Shown here: positions 48,004 to 64,000 of the stretch, in pieces
How positions within the stretch are numbered: position 1 is the first letter of the stretch
Layout of the letters: the number at the start of each line of letters is the position of its first letter
Source of the DNA: the human T2T-CHM13v2.0 reference genome, Homo sapiens
Direction: 5' to 3' (one strand)
DNA length: 64,000 bases
Assembly: GCF_009914755.1 (NCBI RefSeq)
Contig: NC_060933.1
Notes under the pieces: generated by a model
What the model saw: only the letters and a program-made list of their open reading frames with translations
Told to the model about the DNA's origin: nothing
Databases searched by the model: none
Made by a program: the position numbers and the translations under genes

Positions 48004-49594
48004 TACCTCCCTGCTCCTTTCTCTGTGAGAATCCCTGCAGTTCATGGGGACGCTGCCTGAGGAGGGACTGGGACCCAGCGTTCCACTGGCATGGGCTGCC
48101 CTCTGCAGCACTCTGCTTTAGGCCTTGACTCCCAGCCCCACTCAGCCCCCTCCTCTCTGATTTAGAGCCCAAGACCATGGACACAGGAGGCTCAGGTGTT
48201 CTCCCCTCAGCAGAGCAAGGAAAGGGCTCCAGGTAACAGTGCCGCACCTGTGCTGGGAGCTCCGGTCTGTCTCACTCACCTGTGTCCCACGGCGCCTGGC
48301 CCCAAGTAGGAGCTAAATGCACATAGAATGAGTTTCCATTTTCCAAAGAGGGGATTTGACTCAGCTGACCATGGGTCTGCCAGTCTTGAGACCGTTGTTC
48401 TGAAATATGATTATGAACAATAGCAAACCAGGAATGATGGCCTCCTGTGCCATGCCAGGCACTGTGTGAGGTCATGTGTGCATATTACTTCATTTCAGCC
48501 TCAGAACAAGAGTCCTGACCAGGTGGTGCAGATGAAAGGCAGAGGGGGAGCACCTTCCTTGCCCAGAGAGTGGCGGGGACAGGAACCCAGGTGTGTCTGA
48601 TGGCAGGGCCCAAGCCGAGACACATGACCTATCGGGCCATAAAACTCATGAGAAAGAAAATCAACATGCAAGCCACAGCATATACTGAGTGTTCGCCTCC
48701 TTTCCGAGGGTATTCGCAGGATGCTGGGAGTTAAAGCTGCAGGCTGTCTCCCTATCCTACTTGCCAGAAACCTGGGGCCAAGGGAAATGGGGAATTGTGC
48801 CGGGTTCATCCCTGGATGCCACCCTGTCCAACCCAGCAGAGACCCTTAGACACACAGAGTGCTGCCGTTATGGGTGTCACACGCAGTCGCCTCCTTGTCA
48901 GGAAGTAACACCAACAAAAAGTATTTACCGAGCCCTTAGAATGCACCCGGCGCTGAGCAGGTCTCATCTCATAGATATCATGCCCCCATTCTACTGACAT
49001 GGAAACTGAGGCTTGGAGAGGTGAGAAGTGGAGTCTGGGTCCAATCTGGGGTTTCCTAGCCCCAGGGCCTCCCGAGGACCCCTTCCCTCACCTCCAGGCC
49101 CCACCCACAGGTCCCCATTCTCACCACCAAGGGATCCTTTCTTCCCCTTCACGGCACTTAACTCTGCAATTAATTAACTGGGCAATTTTTTTCATCTTGC
49201 TCAGTAAAATGTGAGCCCCCCAGGACCGTGCCTGTCAGTTCCACACCTTGTCCCCAGAGGCCAGCAGGGTGCCTGGCACAGAGTAGGGGATCAGTAAACA
49301 TCTGTGGAATGAATGAATGAGGGGATGAAAGACTGAACCGCCAGTACAGCCCAGAGTGACAGAAGAATTTAAAAGTCTGTTACAGACCTGCTGAGCCTCC
49401 CCTTTCTCCCCTTCCCAAACCAAGCACCCACCATCCCGGCAGCCACCAACTGGGCCTGGACTCAGGGGTCCGGGCGGGTGGCCAGGGCCACTCCCCCTAG
49501 GCGGAGCTGCTGTCTGTGGTGTCTGTCACGTGTGAAGCCCCGGGAGGGCCTTTGTCTGCGCCTGGCTTTGCCGCTGATCTGCTGCCCCCACCCC

Positions 49595-49795
49595 GGCCCC
49601 ATTATGAAGGGAAAAGCGCTTCCAGAAAAGTTGAGCCTGTCACGGTGATGGATAACCTAAATGGACTCTCCCCGCTCACGAGCAGATGTCGACGCTGAAC
49701 TCTGTCAGAAATAATTAAACACCTTTCACACTGAAAAGCAGCAGGCAGGGCGCGGCTGCTGCACCGACACCGCCAGCCACGAGGGGGCTGCCCTG
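49595..49795. promoter_or_regulatory. candidate enhancer (MEIS + PBX-HOX) with CTCF-like site
   Basis: CTGTCA 49637, TGATGGAT 49646, TAATTA, CCACGAGGGGGC 49777. Confidence 0.45.
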
Positions 49796-52764
49796 CCAGA
49801 GGGGCTGCCGAGACCCCCGCGCTGGATGACCCGGGCCACTTACAGGGTCGAGAGAGGAGAGGGACCAAAGAGGGAAGAGGACACATCCCCCACTGTGCAT
49901 TCCCTCCAGGCAGGGCAGTACAGAGATGTCTTCTTTCTGGTCTGTGCCACCAGCAACTGCCCCTGGTGGCTGGGGCCCAGAAGGGGGTTCTGCCAGCAGC
50001 TGGCGAGGGGCCCTCCTACCAGGACAGTTATGCCTGGGCTCTCTCTCCAGACCTCTGTTTCCTCAGCTGACAATGAGTGGGTGGGACTAGTTCTTGAGCG
50101 TTCCTTCCAATCCAAGATTCTGTGATCCCCAGTTCACTGGCCCAGGAGCCATGTGGGAGGGGATGGGGGCCCTTGGAGGTGCAGACCCCAAACCCAGGGT
50201 GAGCCAGCAGGGGGAGCAGCTCAGATCCTTCTCAGGTGCCCATTTTGGGGATGGGACATGAACTCATTTTCTCCCATCCCTGAATGGAGGAGCCGCTGGG
50301 CTGGGGCTGATGCCCTCTGTGCCCTGTGGGGGATAGAGACGCTCCCCTGCCCTTTGGCCGGGTGTTCTAGGTCTCCAGGGCAGACAGCAAGGCCAGCAAG
50401 GAGTAATGTGGTACATCTGTGTGCACGCATGACTCCAGGGACAGCCAGACGGGGTCAAGTGGTGACCCTGCCACACCTACCTGTCAGGTGGCTTTACCTG
50501 TCTGTGACCCACTTCCTCTTCCATAAAATGGGCTAACAAATGCTCCCCTGGCTAGGCTGCTGGGAGGATCCAGAGAGAATATGTGTGCACCACGCTCAGC
50601 AGAACGCCTGGCCCATGTTAACTGCCTATAAGTGGCAGCTCCATGAGGATGGCTGTGGAGATCATTCATTCATTCATTCCCCTGCTCATTCACAAATCTT
50701 TTCCACATGCGCCTTCATGCTGGGCCCTGTTCCCCGCACTGATGCTATGCTGGCGAACAGGCCAGACTCGGGTGTGACTGCCACCGTTGGGCTGCTGGCC
50801 GCTGGCTTGGGGTGACATGGACAGACAGACCGACACACAGGCAGCTGCACAGCTGGGCTCCTGGGCCGGGAAGTCTGGAGAAGCTCTGCCCTAGGTGTCC
50901 TCAGGTGTCCCCAGGTGCGCCGTGTCCACAGCCTGAAATGGTCCAGAGACACCAACCTTGCTTGAAGGGCGGAAGCCACTCCCATAACAATAGCCCCATT
51001 AAACATAACCCTGCGTGGGCCGGCCCACCCTGTTTCCTTGCCTTTTGCAGAAACTTCCTCAGGGCTCTCCAGGCAGGGTCCAGACACCCCCACTTGCCCA
51101 GGCAGCCCTCCCTGGGGCCCTGGCTAACAGCGCTTCCTCCGGTTCTCAACCAGCCACTCATGCACAGCCACACAAAGCAGACGGTACATCCTTCTGCCCA
51201 AAGATGGAGAGTGAGTGCCCCCAAAAGCTTATGGCCGATGACAATGGCGAAAGACTGGATGCCACTGATGAAGAGATGGCTCAAGTACACGTTAGGAGAC
51301 CTTGAAAACCACGGCTTTGATCTGTACTTATTGACACTTTAATAACATATTGTTGGGCAAAAGAGTCCATGCCACGGGCCCCGCCTGGAGAGAAGCACCC
51401 GAGCATCTCTGAGCGTCTGCACAATGCCTACAGACATTCGGCAGGAGGGCCCCACAAATGGTAGCAGTGGTGATCTTTGGGGCGGGGGGGTGGGGGGTGA
51501 AGCTGATTTTCCTTTCTCTGATGCTCTTTTCTATATGGTTTGCATTTTTTTCAATGAGTAGATGCAGCTTTTCCAAAACCAGTAAGGCTATTTTTTTAAA
51601 TGTTTTTAAAAGATGGAGATCCTGAGTTCTTCCCCAGGTGTTCATCCCAGTGTTCGACCTCCAGCTTTGAGCTCAGTTCTTCCTGATGTCTCACCAAACG
51701 CTCGCACGCTGCTGGCCAAGTCCGGTTTTGCATATTCAGCTTCCCTCAGGCATGAAGGTCAGGGCTGTGCCCCAGCAGCGAGGCCTGCTGACTTCCGGAG
51801 CCTGGATCTTTATTATAAAATCTATGTTATAATTAGAGACCCAACATCCATTTTAGAAGGGGGCTTGCCCAAGCATCTGTTGGCTGGCGGGGGGGTCTCC
51901 ACATTCCCCTCCCGCCCCCACCCTCGGAACATCCGCCCCTCCCCCCACAGTCCTTGTCTCTGTACACTTCCAATACCCACCAACATTACATAGTCGTTCA
52001 GTCACTAAAGTATGAACAAATTGACTATATTTTCATTTGGCTTTTGGTTTCAGCCCCACTGCTTTAGAATAATGGCCCAAGCTATTAAGCTAACAGTTTG
52101 ATTTACAAGCTTTTGTGCTCTGAACGCTGGGATCAGACTCCTCTGTTCGTGGAAGACTAACCCTGCTTCGGGTCTCCTGGGCCCCTGGCTCCCTAATAGA
52201 ACAGGAGATGGAGGGAAAAAAATATATCTCAGCAGCCAGCCAAGCAGTGACACCCAGAGATGCAGCTGATTAGTGAAAGCTGCTGAATCTAAGAAAAGGA
52301 TTTTCTTTCCCACCTTTAAGCTCTCTTACAAATCATAGCTGGCTGGAAAGTTAACTCTCTGCTACACCCCCCAAGCGGGCTTCTAGCCTGTCCACCCTGC
52401 CGCCTCTGCCTCTCCACAAGGCTTGTCCAGTTAAAATGAAGATGGGCCGACCCCCACAAAGGTGTATCCGAACCCAGGAAGGACAGATGCCAGATCTACG
52501 GCCCCTCCCAAGGGTCTCTGCACCAGTGATGTATTTTAAGAATCCTGTCGCTTCCTTGCATCGGAATAAGAATCATCTTACGTCACTGTGTAGGGCACCA
52601 AGTGCAGGAATGGAATGTGTCACATGCGGAAATAGGGCAATGGGAAGAATGATTCAGAGGCCCTGATGGAGTTGACACTTCCTCTGTAAATACAGATACC
52701 CCCCATTCTACATGGATCAGTATGCCGACGAGCTGACTTGCTACAGGGATGAAAGCAGGAGCTT

Positions 52765-53069
52765 GGCCGGGCACAGTGGCTCATGCCTGCAATCCCAGCA
52801 CTTTGGGAGGCTGAGGCGGGTGGATCACCTGAGGTCAGGAGTTTGAGACCAGCCTGGTCAATATGGTGAAACTCTGTTTCTACTAAAAATGCAAAAATTA
52901 GCCAGGCGTGATGGCAGGCACCTGTAATCACAGCTACTCGGTGGGGCTGAGGCAGAAGAATCGCTTGAGCCACGGAGGTGGAGGTTGTAGTGAGCAGAGA
53001 TTGTGCCACTACACTCCAGCCTGGGTGACAGAGCAAGACTCTGTCTGAAAAAACAAACAAACAAACAAA
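52765..53069 (+). mobile_element. AluSx-like
   Basis: TSD aaagcaggagctt. Confidence 0.92.
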
Positions 53070-53727
53070 GCAGGAGCTTAATTGGTTTTACATAATCTGG
53101 CACCTCAGAGGTATAGAATTTTTAGGCACCTGCTCGTGAGGTGACATTGCTGCTCAAATACTGGCAAGCCACAAATAGCCAGAGCTGAAGTTCTGAGGCA
53201 GAGACAAAAGGAAAGGAGGTGTTCATGTATGTGGGGAGTGATGGGGGAATAGCGGCCAAGTTCCTAGAGCAGCACTCAGAGTCTGGGAGTGTCTGTGGTG
53301 GGGCCTGCAGAGGCCAACAGTGAAGGGATGACCGAAGCTGACACTTCCAACAGGACCAGTCCTACAACCTGGGAACCCCCAGCCTGGCTGCCCCCTTCAT
53401 CCTTCCAGCTCCAGAGGCTTTTCTGTCTAATCCAGAAGGTTCTTCTCCCTGATTATATGCAAAAATATTTCGGTTTTTTGTTGAAAATCACCAGAATCGA
53501 TGAGTAAGACAGCTGGTTTGGGCATCAGTTACATCTTTCTAATTTCTAGAGGCAGCAAGAGTCTCATGTTGAATTTTGGGAGTTGATGGAATTTGGGGGG
53601 TCCCCAATTTCTTCTTCCGACTTCTAGCTCATCTCCAGGAGAATAAATCTCCGATGATCTAGAGAGAATCCCACCAGCTTGGGAAGGAATTTGGGGAGCA
53701 GCATCTTCCTCAACATCTCCCTTGAAG

Positions 53728-53937
53728 CTTTTTTTTTTTTTTTTTTTTTTTGAGACAGGGTCTCACTCTGTTGCCCAGGCTGGGGTGCAGTGGTACAATT
53801 ATGGCTCAATGCAGCCTCTACCTCCCAGTCTCAAGTGATTCTCCTACCCCAGCCTCCTAAGTAGCTGGGACTACAGGCGTGCAGCTAATTTTTAATTTTT
53901 TTTTTGTAGAAACAGGGTCTCACTATGTTGCCCAGGT
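53728..53937 (-). mobile_element. 5'-truncated AluJ-like
   Basis: Right arm plus part of left arm. Confidence 0.8.
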
Positions 53938-54491
53938 TCCTTCTGGTTTCTGAGTGTCCCCACTTGTCAGCCTCCATCCCCTGGCCCCAGCGAGGTTGGT
54001 GGGGTGGAGACCCAAAGCCACCTGACATGGTGCCATCTGATATGGGGCCGTCAGCAGGTTCTTGCCCATAAATGGCATCAGATGATTTCCTGGGATAAAC
54101 TCAGGGTTCATTCAAACTGAACTCTGGCAAAAGTGCAGGTGAAATGGACCAAGATGCTACAAACACAGCCTGACTGGCTACCCTCAGAAAGGGAAAGTGC
54201 ATGGCGTCAGTGAACACATTTGGGGTAGGGGGAAAGTAAGACAATGGGGAGGTTTTATGAAGACCGACTCTGTCTTCTTCCCCTCCTCTCCTCAAAGAAG
54301 TCCTAGGAAATGATGCCTTAGGGTGGTGCAAAGAAAAAAGAAAAAAAAATGTGGGCAGTTTGACCAAAGTCCAGTAGCTGGGAGAGTGGAGGGGAGAAGT
54401 TATCCTAAAGATGGAGTTCCAAGACAGCAGCAATGATAACATCAACAGCTCACACGTCCTGACTCCTTCTTGGGTGCCAGCCTGGGTGCCC

Positions 54492-54868
<377 letters not shown>

Positions 54869-55620
54869 TAGAGATGAGCTGCCCTGTCTCTGAGGCAAGG
54901 AGGCTAAGGCTCGGAAGCTTAAAGTCACGTGCCCAAGGTTAATAGCTAGCATGTGGCCAGGTGGGGACTTGGACTCTGGCTGGCTGCCTCCAAGCCTCAG
55001 GCCCTGAAAGAGCTGATAAACACTAAAGACTTGCAACTGAGGTCGGGGGCCAGTGCAGGGCTAAATGCGGGCCCGGGAAGGAAAGTGCAGGGCGGTCAGG
55101 AATGAGGGATTTTATGAGTGTCCAGAGTGTCGTGGCCGGGCCTGCTCCGGCTGATTTAAGCCCTGGCAATAAACCAAACTTCCCACTGCCCCAAAAGCCT
55201 CTAGACCTTGATAAAACCTCGGGCATCTTTTAAATTGCAGTTTGGCCCCAAGGCTAAAAAGGAAAGAGGCGGCTGATCCCGGATTCAGGCTTACTGCGTT
55301 AAAAGTGGGAGGCTGAGGCTGAGTCCAGCAGGAGGGCTGGGTCTGTCTGTGGGCTGGGCAGCCATGCAGAGTGGCTCCAGGTCCCAGCCTGCCTCATGCC
55401 CGCCCCAGGTCTGCATCTGTGAAGTGGGGATGGCAACAGAGAGGACCAAGTGCAATCATGCGTGTGAAGCGCGTGGCACAGGCCTGGCTAGGGGACGGTC
55501 ATGGAGCAACAAAGCCTCTGGGAGGGACGAGGCCCTGGAAGCTGCTCCTTTAGATGAGTTATTCGAAAACTTGGCTTTGCCTGGGATCCTCTGAGGAGAT
55601 GTTTAAAATGCAGAGTCGAA

Positions 55621-56153
<533 letters not shown>

Positions 56154-56181
56154 TTAAACAGCCCTAAGGCTTATGAACTTC

Positions 56182-56794
<613 letters not shown>

Positions 56795-57544
56795 TCACCT
56801 TCTCTCCCTTCCACATGACAGCCCTGCAAATTCCCAAAGTCAGATACCATTTCTTCATAGACAACCAGGGTCTCGATTGCACCCCAGGGCAGAGTTCTGA
56901 ATGTTGGAAGGGGGAACCCCACGTTGCAACAACAGTGGACGGCCTAGGCTCCACGGTCTCCACCAGTCCATGCTGCATTCTCTACCTTTATCCACATGCA
57001 TGGAAGATTTGTCAAGCTGCACTGCATTTCTATATATTTTTAAATAAAATTGTGACTGAAACTGTCTATCAACGCCACTTGAATCACTTAATACAAGAAC
57101 CTCCGTGAAAATTCCCTGCTGGAGGGCAATTTCAGGAAGAAGCTTAGTCGGATTCGTGTATACTAATAGTAGTAATAACAGTACAAGCCACCATGTCTTC
57201 AATGCCTACACTGTGTGCCAGGCACCATTCCAGGGGCTTGGCAATGACCCCACGGGATGGGTAGTATGACCCTTACTTTGCAGGTGAGAAACTGAGGCCC
57301 CTGGTCACACAGCTGGAAAGCGATAGGACCAGGATTGGAACTGAGCTCTGTGGAACTCAAAGCCCTATGTCCCTAATCATCGAGTGCACTGTCATGCCTT
57401 CTGTTGTGGAAAAAACATGCTCGACGTGATGGAATGTGCTCCGTTTGGCTTCATGTGGCAGAAATTGAGCAAGGGTTAGAATCTGTTTAAACCAGGGGCC
57501 TGAGAGTTGCTACACTTTTCTTCAGACTATGCTTTATGCAACCC

Positions 57545-57845
57545 TTATTTTTATTTTATTTATTTTTTTTTTTGAGACAGGCTCTCACTCTGTCACCCAG
57601 GCTGGAGCACAGTGGCACAATCACAGCCTCAACTTCCTAGGCTCAGGTGATCCCCCACCTCAGCCTCCCAAGTAGTTGGGACTACAGGTGCACACCACCA
57701 TGCCCGGCTAATTTTTTTTATGTTTTGTAGAGATGGGGTTTTACCATATTGCCTAGGCTGGTCTTGAACTCCTGGGCTCAAGAGATCTGCCCGCCTTGGC
57801 CTCCCAAAGTGTTAGGATCACAGGCATGAGCCACTATGCCCAGCC
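57545..57845 (-). mobile_element. AluJ-like
   Basis: Antisense dimer. Confidence 0.88.
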
Positions 57846-58049
57846 CTTAAATACCTTGTTTCACCTTGCGTGCAATCCGCCAGATACCTTCAAATCACTT
57901 GGAAGGAGACAGGGTACAACTACTGAAGAAAGTAAAACACTTCTTCCACTTAGAGTTTAAGCTGAGCAAAGCAGAGATCTTCAGGGTGCCTGAATCTTGG
58001 ATGCATTCCTAAGGGCTGTGTTGCCTCATCCCCAGACTCCTGACCCACT

Positions 58050-58240
58050 CATCTGTCCATCCGTCCATCCATCTGTCCATTCATTCATCTATCCAACCAT
58101 CTATCTATCCATCCATCTATGCATGCATGCATGCATCCATCCATCCACCCATCCATCCATCCATCCATCCATCCATCCATCCATCCATCCATCCATCCAT
58201 CCTCAGCCATCTGTCCATCTGTTTGTTCATCCAACCATCC
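58050..58240. repeat. (CCAT)n microsatellite
   Basis: Read directly. Confidence 0.95.
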
Positions 58241-58379
58241 AGCCAAGATTTGTTTGGTGTCTACTGGGTGCCTCTAAAAGTAGAGTTACCCCAAGACATT
58301 TGAAGGCCTCCTGTCTGCGGACATTTCCCTAGAACCATGCCCACAATATGGCATTAACATCTTTGCTATCTAGCTGAGG

Positions 58380-59110
58380 ACACTTAGCTCTAATAGTCCT
58401 ATTTGTGACTTGTCAGGCTTAGCCTCGTCAACCACAGAAAGGTTCTGCTCCTTCTTAAAAGATACCAGAAAAAAATCCTTCCTGGTCATTATTCCAATAA
58501 GATAAAAGGGGAATAACAACACCAAACCTCGTTGCAGTACACTCCACCCCGATGGGCCGAGGACACCAAACATCTGAGTGTGTCCCCAGCTTCCCTGGCA
58601 GTAACTCAGAAGTTGTTCAACAGCCTATATTAATGAGCAATAAAGTACTGACGGGCACTGCATGGACGGCTCAGCAAAGGACTTAATTTGCAACCGAGCA
58701 CAAAATCAAAGACTGTCAACCGAGGAACCATGTGGCTGGATAAGCACCTTGTGCTACCTGAGAAAGCACTGTCAGGTAAATTTCCAGAGAAAGTAATTAA
58801 GGAATCCCCATTGTCTAAATTCAGCAGTAAAATTTGGAGCTCTGGAATTTGATGCTCACCAGGGAGCTGGTGTCTCCTCCCAGCCCAATCCTTCATCAGA
58901 ATGAAGAGTGGAGGCTTAGGAAGGGATCAGCTGACGTGCCTCCCGCCCTTTCCCTAACACACCCCCCAGCCCTGTGTGGTCCTGCATGTGTTGTCTTGTC
59001 AGAGAAGCAGAAAGCAGCAAATGAGATCTCCGCGTTGTGAGATGGGGGTGAGATTAATATACAAACATATAGACCTGAGATCTGGCAAGTGCCAATTAAT
59101 ATTTATCAAG
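58380..59110. promoter_or_regulatory. candidate enhancer island
   Basis: ATTAATGAG, TTAATTTGCA, ATCAAAG 58705, CTGTCA, TAATTA, CCAATTAA. Confidence 0.4.
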
Positions 59111-59859
59111 CACCCACGGCGTACACGATACCGAGAATCAACATGCAAAACATACAGTCCCTGGCATCAGGCAATCTCCACTCCGAGTCACACTCAGGTT
59201 CCGCGCACAGATAGATGATCCGTGTGCTTGGAGGCACCTGCCCCGGTGGGAGAACCCACCAGGAGTTTAAGTTAATATTGATACAAGCGCCCTCTTCATA
59301 CTGAGACAATGTAGGATTCTCAAGCAGGCATCGTCAGCACCCTGGCCTCCACTGGGGGAACCCTGATGAGACACTACCCCAGATCTCTAGGGGCCGTCCC
59401 ATTCACAAAGACACCTCAGCAGGGCCTCCGTCGACACAGTCCCTTCACTAACTTCTTCTTAGTCTTCACGATAAAAGAAAAAGTCCTCCTCCCCACTGAA
59501 GATCAGGCTCTGCTGTGACCTCCCCTGTCCTGATATTTCTAAGCGGGGGTGGGCAGGTTGTGGCAGGACCCCTCCAGAAGAAAGAGCTGAGCAGCCTCCC
59601 ATCATCTGGGTTCTGCAAAGAAGGGAGGACCCCCTCCCCGGCGGCTCAGCTTGTCAGGGCCTTTGTTGACAACCCCATTGAAAGCGGCCTCACTGTCTTT
59701 GTGAAGTTTCCTCCATCTCCCATTCACTCCTTTCTCAGGCAGTTTTTGAAAGGTGAAAAGTCTGGAAAACACACACACACTCTCTCCCACCCCACCCCCC
59801 GAGCCCCATCACACAGAGGGAGAGGGGGGTGGCAGCTTGGGGGAGCCGGGCTGACGAGC

Positions 59860-60340
59860 CCCTCACCTGGCCCCGCGGTGCACCGCCTCCAATTAAATCA
59901 AAATGGTTTGTTTTTAATGGTCTTTTACACTGACAAGTGGGCGATCATTTTGGGCCCACGAGCTGTCAGGGAACTGAGGCAAATCCTCCGTTGATAATGC
60001 CCAATGCTTCCAATTAGGAGCCGAGGCCGCTCCTGGCGCGCTAACGATTCCCCAGCCAGCCCCCAGGCCCCTTTGGCGCTGGCTGTTTCTTCCGCCTCCT
60101 CCACCGCAAATTACTGACACAAAACGGAAGGCCCCGCGTCTCCTTCGCCACGCCAGGCCCGGGCCCTGTTGGGTTTAATGAGCCGATGGAAGTTTCGTGG
60201 CTCCGGCGCTAAATTCTTTTCTTGTTTGACAGCTGCTCGGCTAAGGCAAGTGTTGACCTTATAAAAGATTTAGTGTTTCTCATTATTTTCTGTCAAGCTT
60301 CACAAGCGATGGCGCGGCGGTTATCATTTGCATCCTGGGG
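59860..60340. promoter_or_regulatory. CpG-enriched candidate developmental enhancer
   Basis: High CpG retention; CCAATTA x2, TAAATCA, TGACA/TGTCA sites, ATTTGCAT 60326. Confidence 0.55.
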
Positions 60341-61439
60341 TGTGTGTGTGCAGGGTGTGTGTTGGGTGCGTGTGTTGGACAGGGGCTCCAAGGTGCAGAC
60401 GGGAAACGGGAAGGGGTCTTTCCCTCTCCCCAAGTTGTCCCTGGCCCCTGCACAGCAGCTGCCAGCGTGAGGTTCTTGCTGGGCCCAGGTGTTTCAAAGA
60501 GAAGGCAAGATGCAAGTCCAAGGTGATGGATGCTTCCACGGCTTCCCGGCCTCCCGGTGGAACCAGAGCCACCGCCGTGGGGGCACGGGAGGAAGCCCAG
60601 TGCGCACCGAAGTCGGTCGACTCTCAGAGCCTGCTGGGCCCAGCACAGCCAGGGATGAGCGCTGGGCAGCAGGACAGTCCCAGCCAGACTCAAGGCTGAG
60701 GACGGTTTTAGGGTCAAGCTCAAGATTTAATCAGGGACCTCACTCTTGCCTCAAAACCCTGGTTAAGGCAGTTTCCCAAAAGCTTCCTCCTTTTGCTCTA
60801 CACCTGGAGAACCGATTTTTTCCAAGTGGCTGGCATTATTCTCCCCAAGCTGACTATGGGAACTTTGTCAGTCCTTACTTTGTTCTGGCACCCCATGCAA
60901 ATCGAGGCCACTTGGTAACTCACAAGGCTGCCGGGAGTCCATGCGGCACCTTCCCCAGCCCCTACCGGCCTCCTCATTTCTTTTCTTTCCATCTCTGCAT
61001 CCTCCCCTTGCTCCAACCTACCTGCTGGCTACCCCAGGAACGGGTGACCTGAGGTTGCATAAAGAGTGACAGAGTCAAGGGCAGAGGAACGTGTAGATGT
61101 CTCCTCCCCCGGTTCTGAGTTTATAAGCATCACTGATACCATGGGAGACTCCATGTTGATCTTTTAGAGTGAAAACCTGGCACTCCACCTCCCTCCCGTG
61201 CCCACGGCAGACCTTACTAATCAATCGTTGTGTACTTTTTTCACCTGCCTAGGTTCAGCCTTAGAATATTTTGTAACAGAGGTTGGCCATCAGCTACCAC
61301 CAGTCTATTAGAGCCAAGTAAAATGAAACAGTACTGCCATCCCTGCCTTAGAGAGGTCATGAAAATAAATTGCTATAGGTATTCCTAAAATTGCTTATCT
61401 TTTTATGCTACATTAAGATGATATTTATAGAAAAGGAAA

Positions 61440-63395
<1,956 letters not shown>

Positions 63396-64000
63396 AAAAA
63401 GAGTCACTTTAAAAAATAGCCCAGTTGGATGAGATGAGTGATCATCGCCTAGATTCTGACTTTAGGGGCCAGAACAGGGTGATAATTGGCCACCAAGGTC
63501 TGGCCTCAGACGAGGGGAGTCTGCTGTGTCCTCCACTACAACTCTCATTCACCTGCAGCCTATTGAGCTTACAAGCTGAAGAAGCTTAGGAGCTGACCTG
63601 AGGTTTATGGAAAGTTCACACACACACCCCACCTTGGGACTGGTGTTACCCAATTATTTTGCTCCTAGCGTCTAGCAAACAGCTTCATTGTTCAATTTTG
63701 ATTTCAACTGCTGCTGACTGGCCTTCGCTAATCCTTGCGAATGACCTGGAGCCATTGGTATGGCTTCTCGAAGGAGCAAATCGATTCTCATTTTCAAAGG
63801 CACAAATGCCTAGCTTTCCTTCTGCTCCGGTAAGTCCCGCAGCCCTGCAGTCAGTCCATGGAGCACAGCTCTGCATTCCAGTTGGGGCTCTGTCACTTAG
63901 TAGCTGGGTGTCCTTGGGCCGGTGTCGTATCCTTCCTGAGCTTCAGTCTCCTCCTTTGTCAAACCAATGGTCCCCCGCCCCATCCCCTCAAGGTCGCTGC

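Noticed and set aside
59083-59095. NFI-like TGGCAAGTGCCAA
   Set aside because: Spacer is 4 nt rather than the 5 nt of the NFI consensus

Overview
Primate (most likely human) genomic DNA, GC-rich and Alu-dense. It carries four internal coding exons of CFAP77 (C9orf171, an axonemal microtubule inner protein) on the + strand: 5063-5162, 5741-5969, 40810-40915 and 46155-46256. All have AG/GT boundaries and join in frame (AELGKPRE...HMPHFQK). The start and stop exons lie outside the window. The rest is intron: about 36 Alu/FLAM copies, L1/CR1 fragments, MaLR and ERV solo LTRs, DNA-transposon relics, two minisatellites and a 1-kb (GGAT/GGGT)n tract. Almost all other ORFs in the supplied track are repeat-derived or chance frames. 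I found no convincing new gene system. The most interesting signals are: (i) a head-to-head Alu pair at 32.4-33.1 kb with swapped target-site duplications and an inverted 32-bp spacer, a readable Alu-Alu micro-inversion with probable gene conversion; (ii) a chimeric AluY/AluS lacking TSDs at 31.2-31.5 kb, a probable Alu recombination junction; (iii) about a dozen repeat-free islands rich in homeodomain/POU/TALE motifs that look like developmental enhancers, plausibly for the neighbouring homeobox gene BARHL1. Repeat subfamily names and repeat ends were assigned by eye against remembered consensus sequences and are approximate. Motif calls are inference, not binding data.
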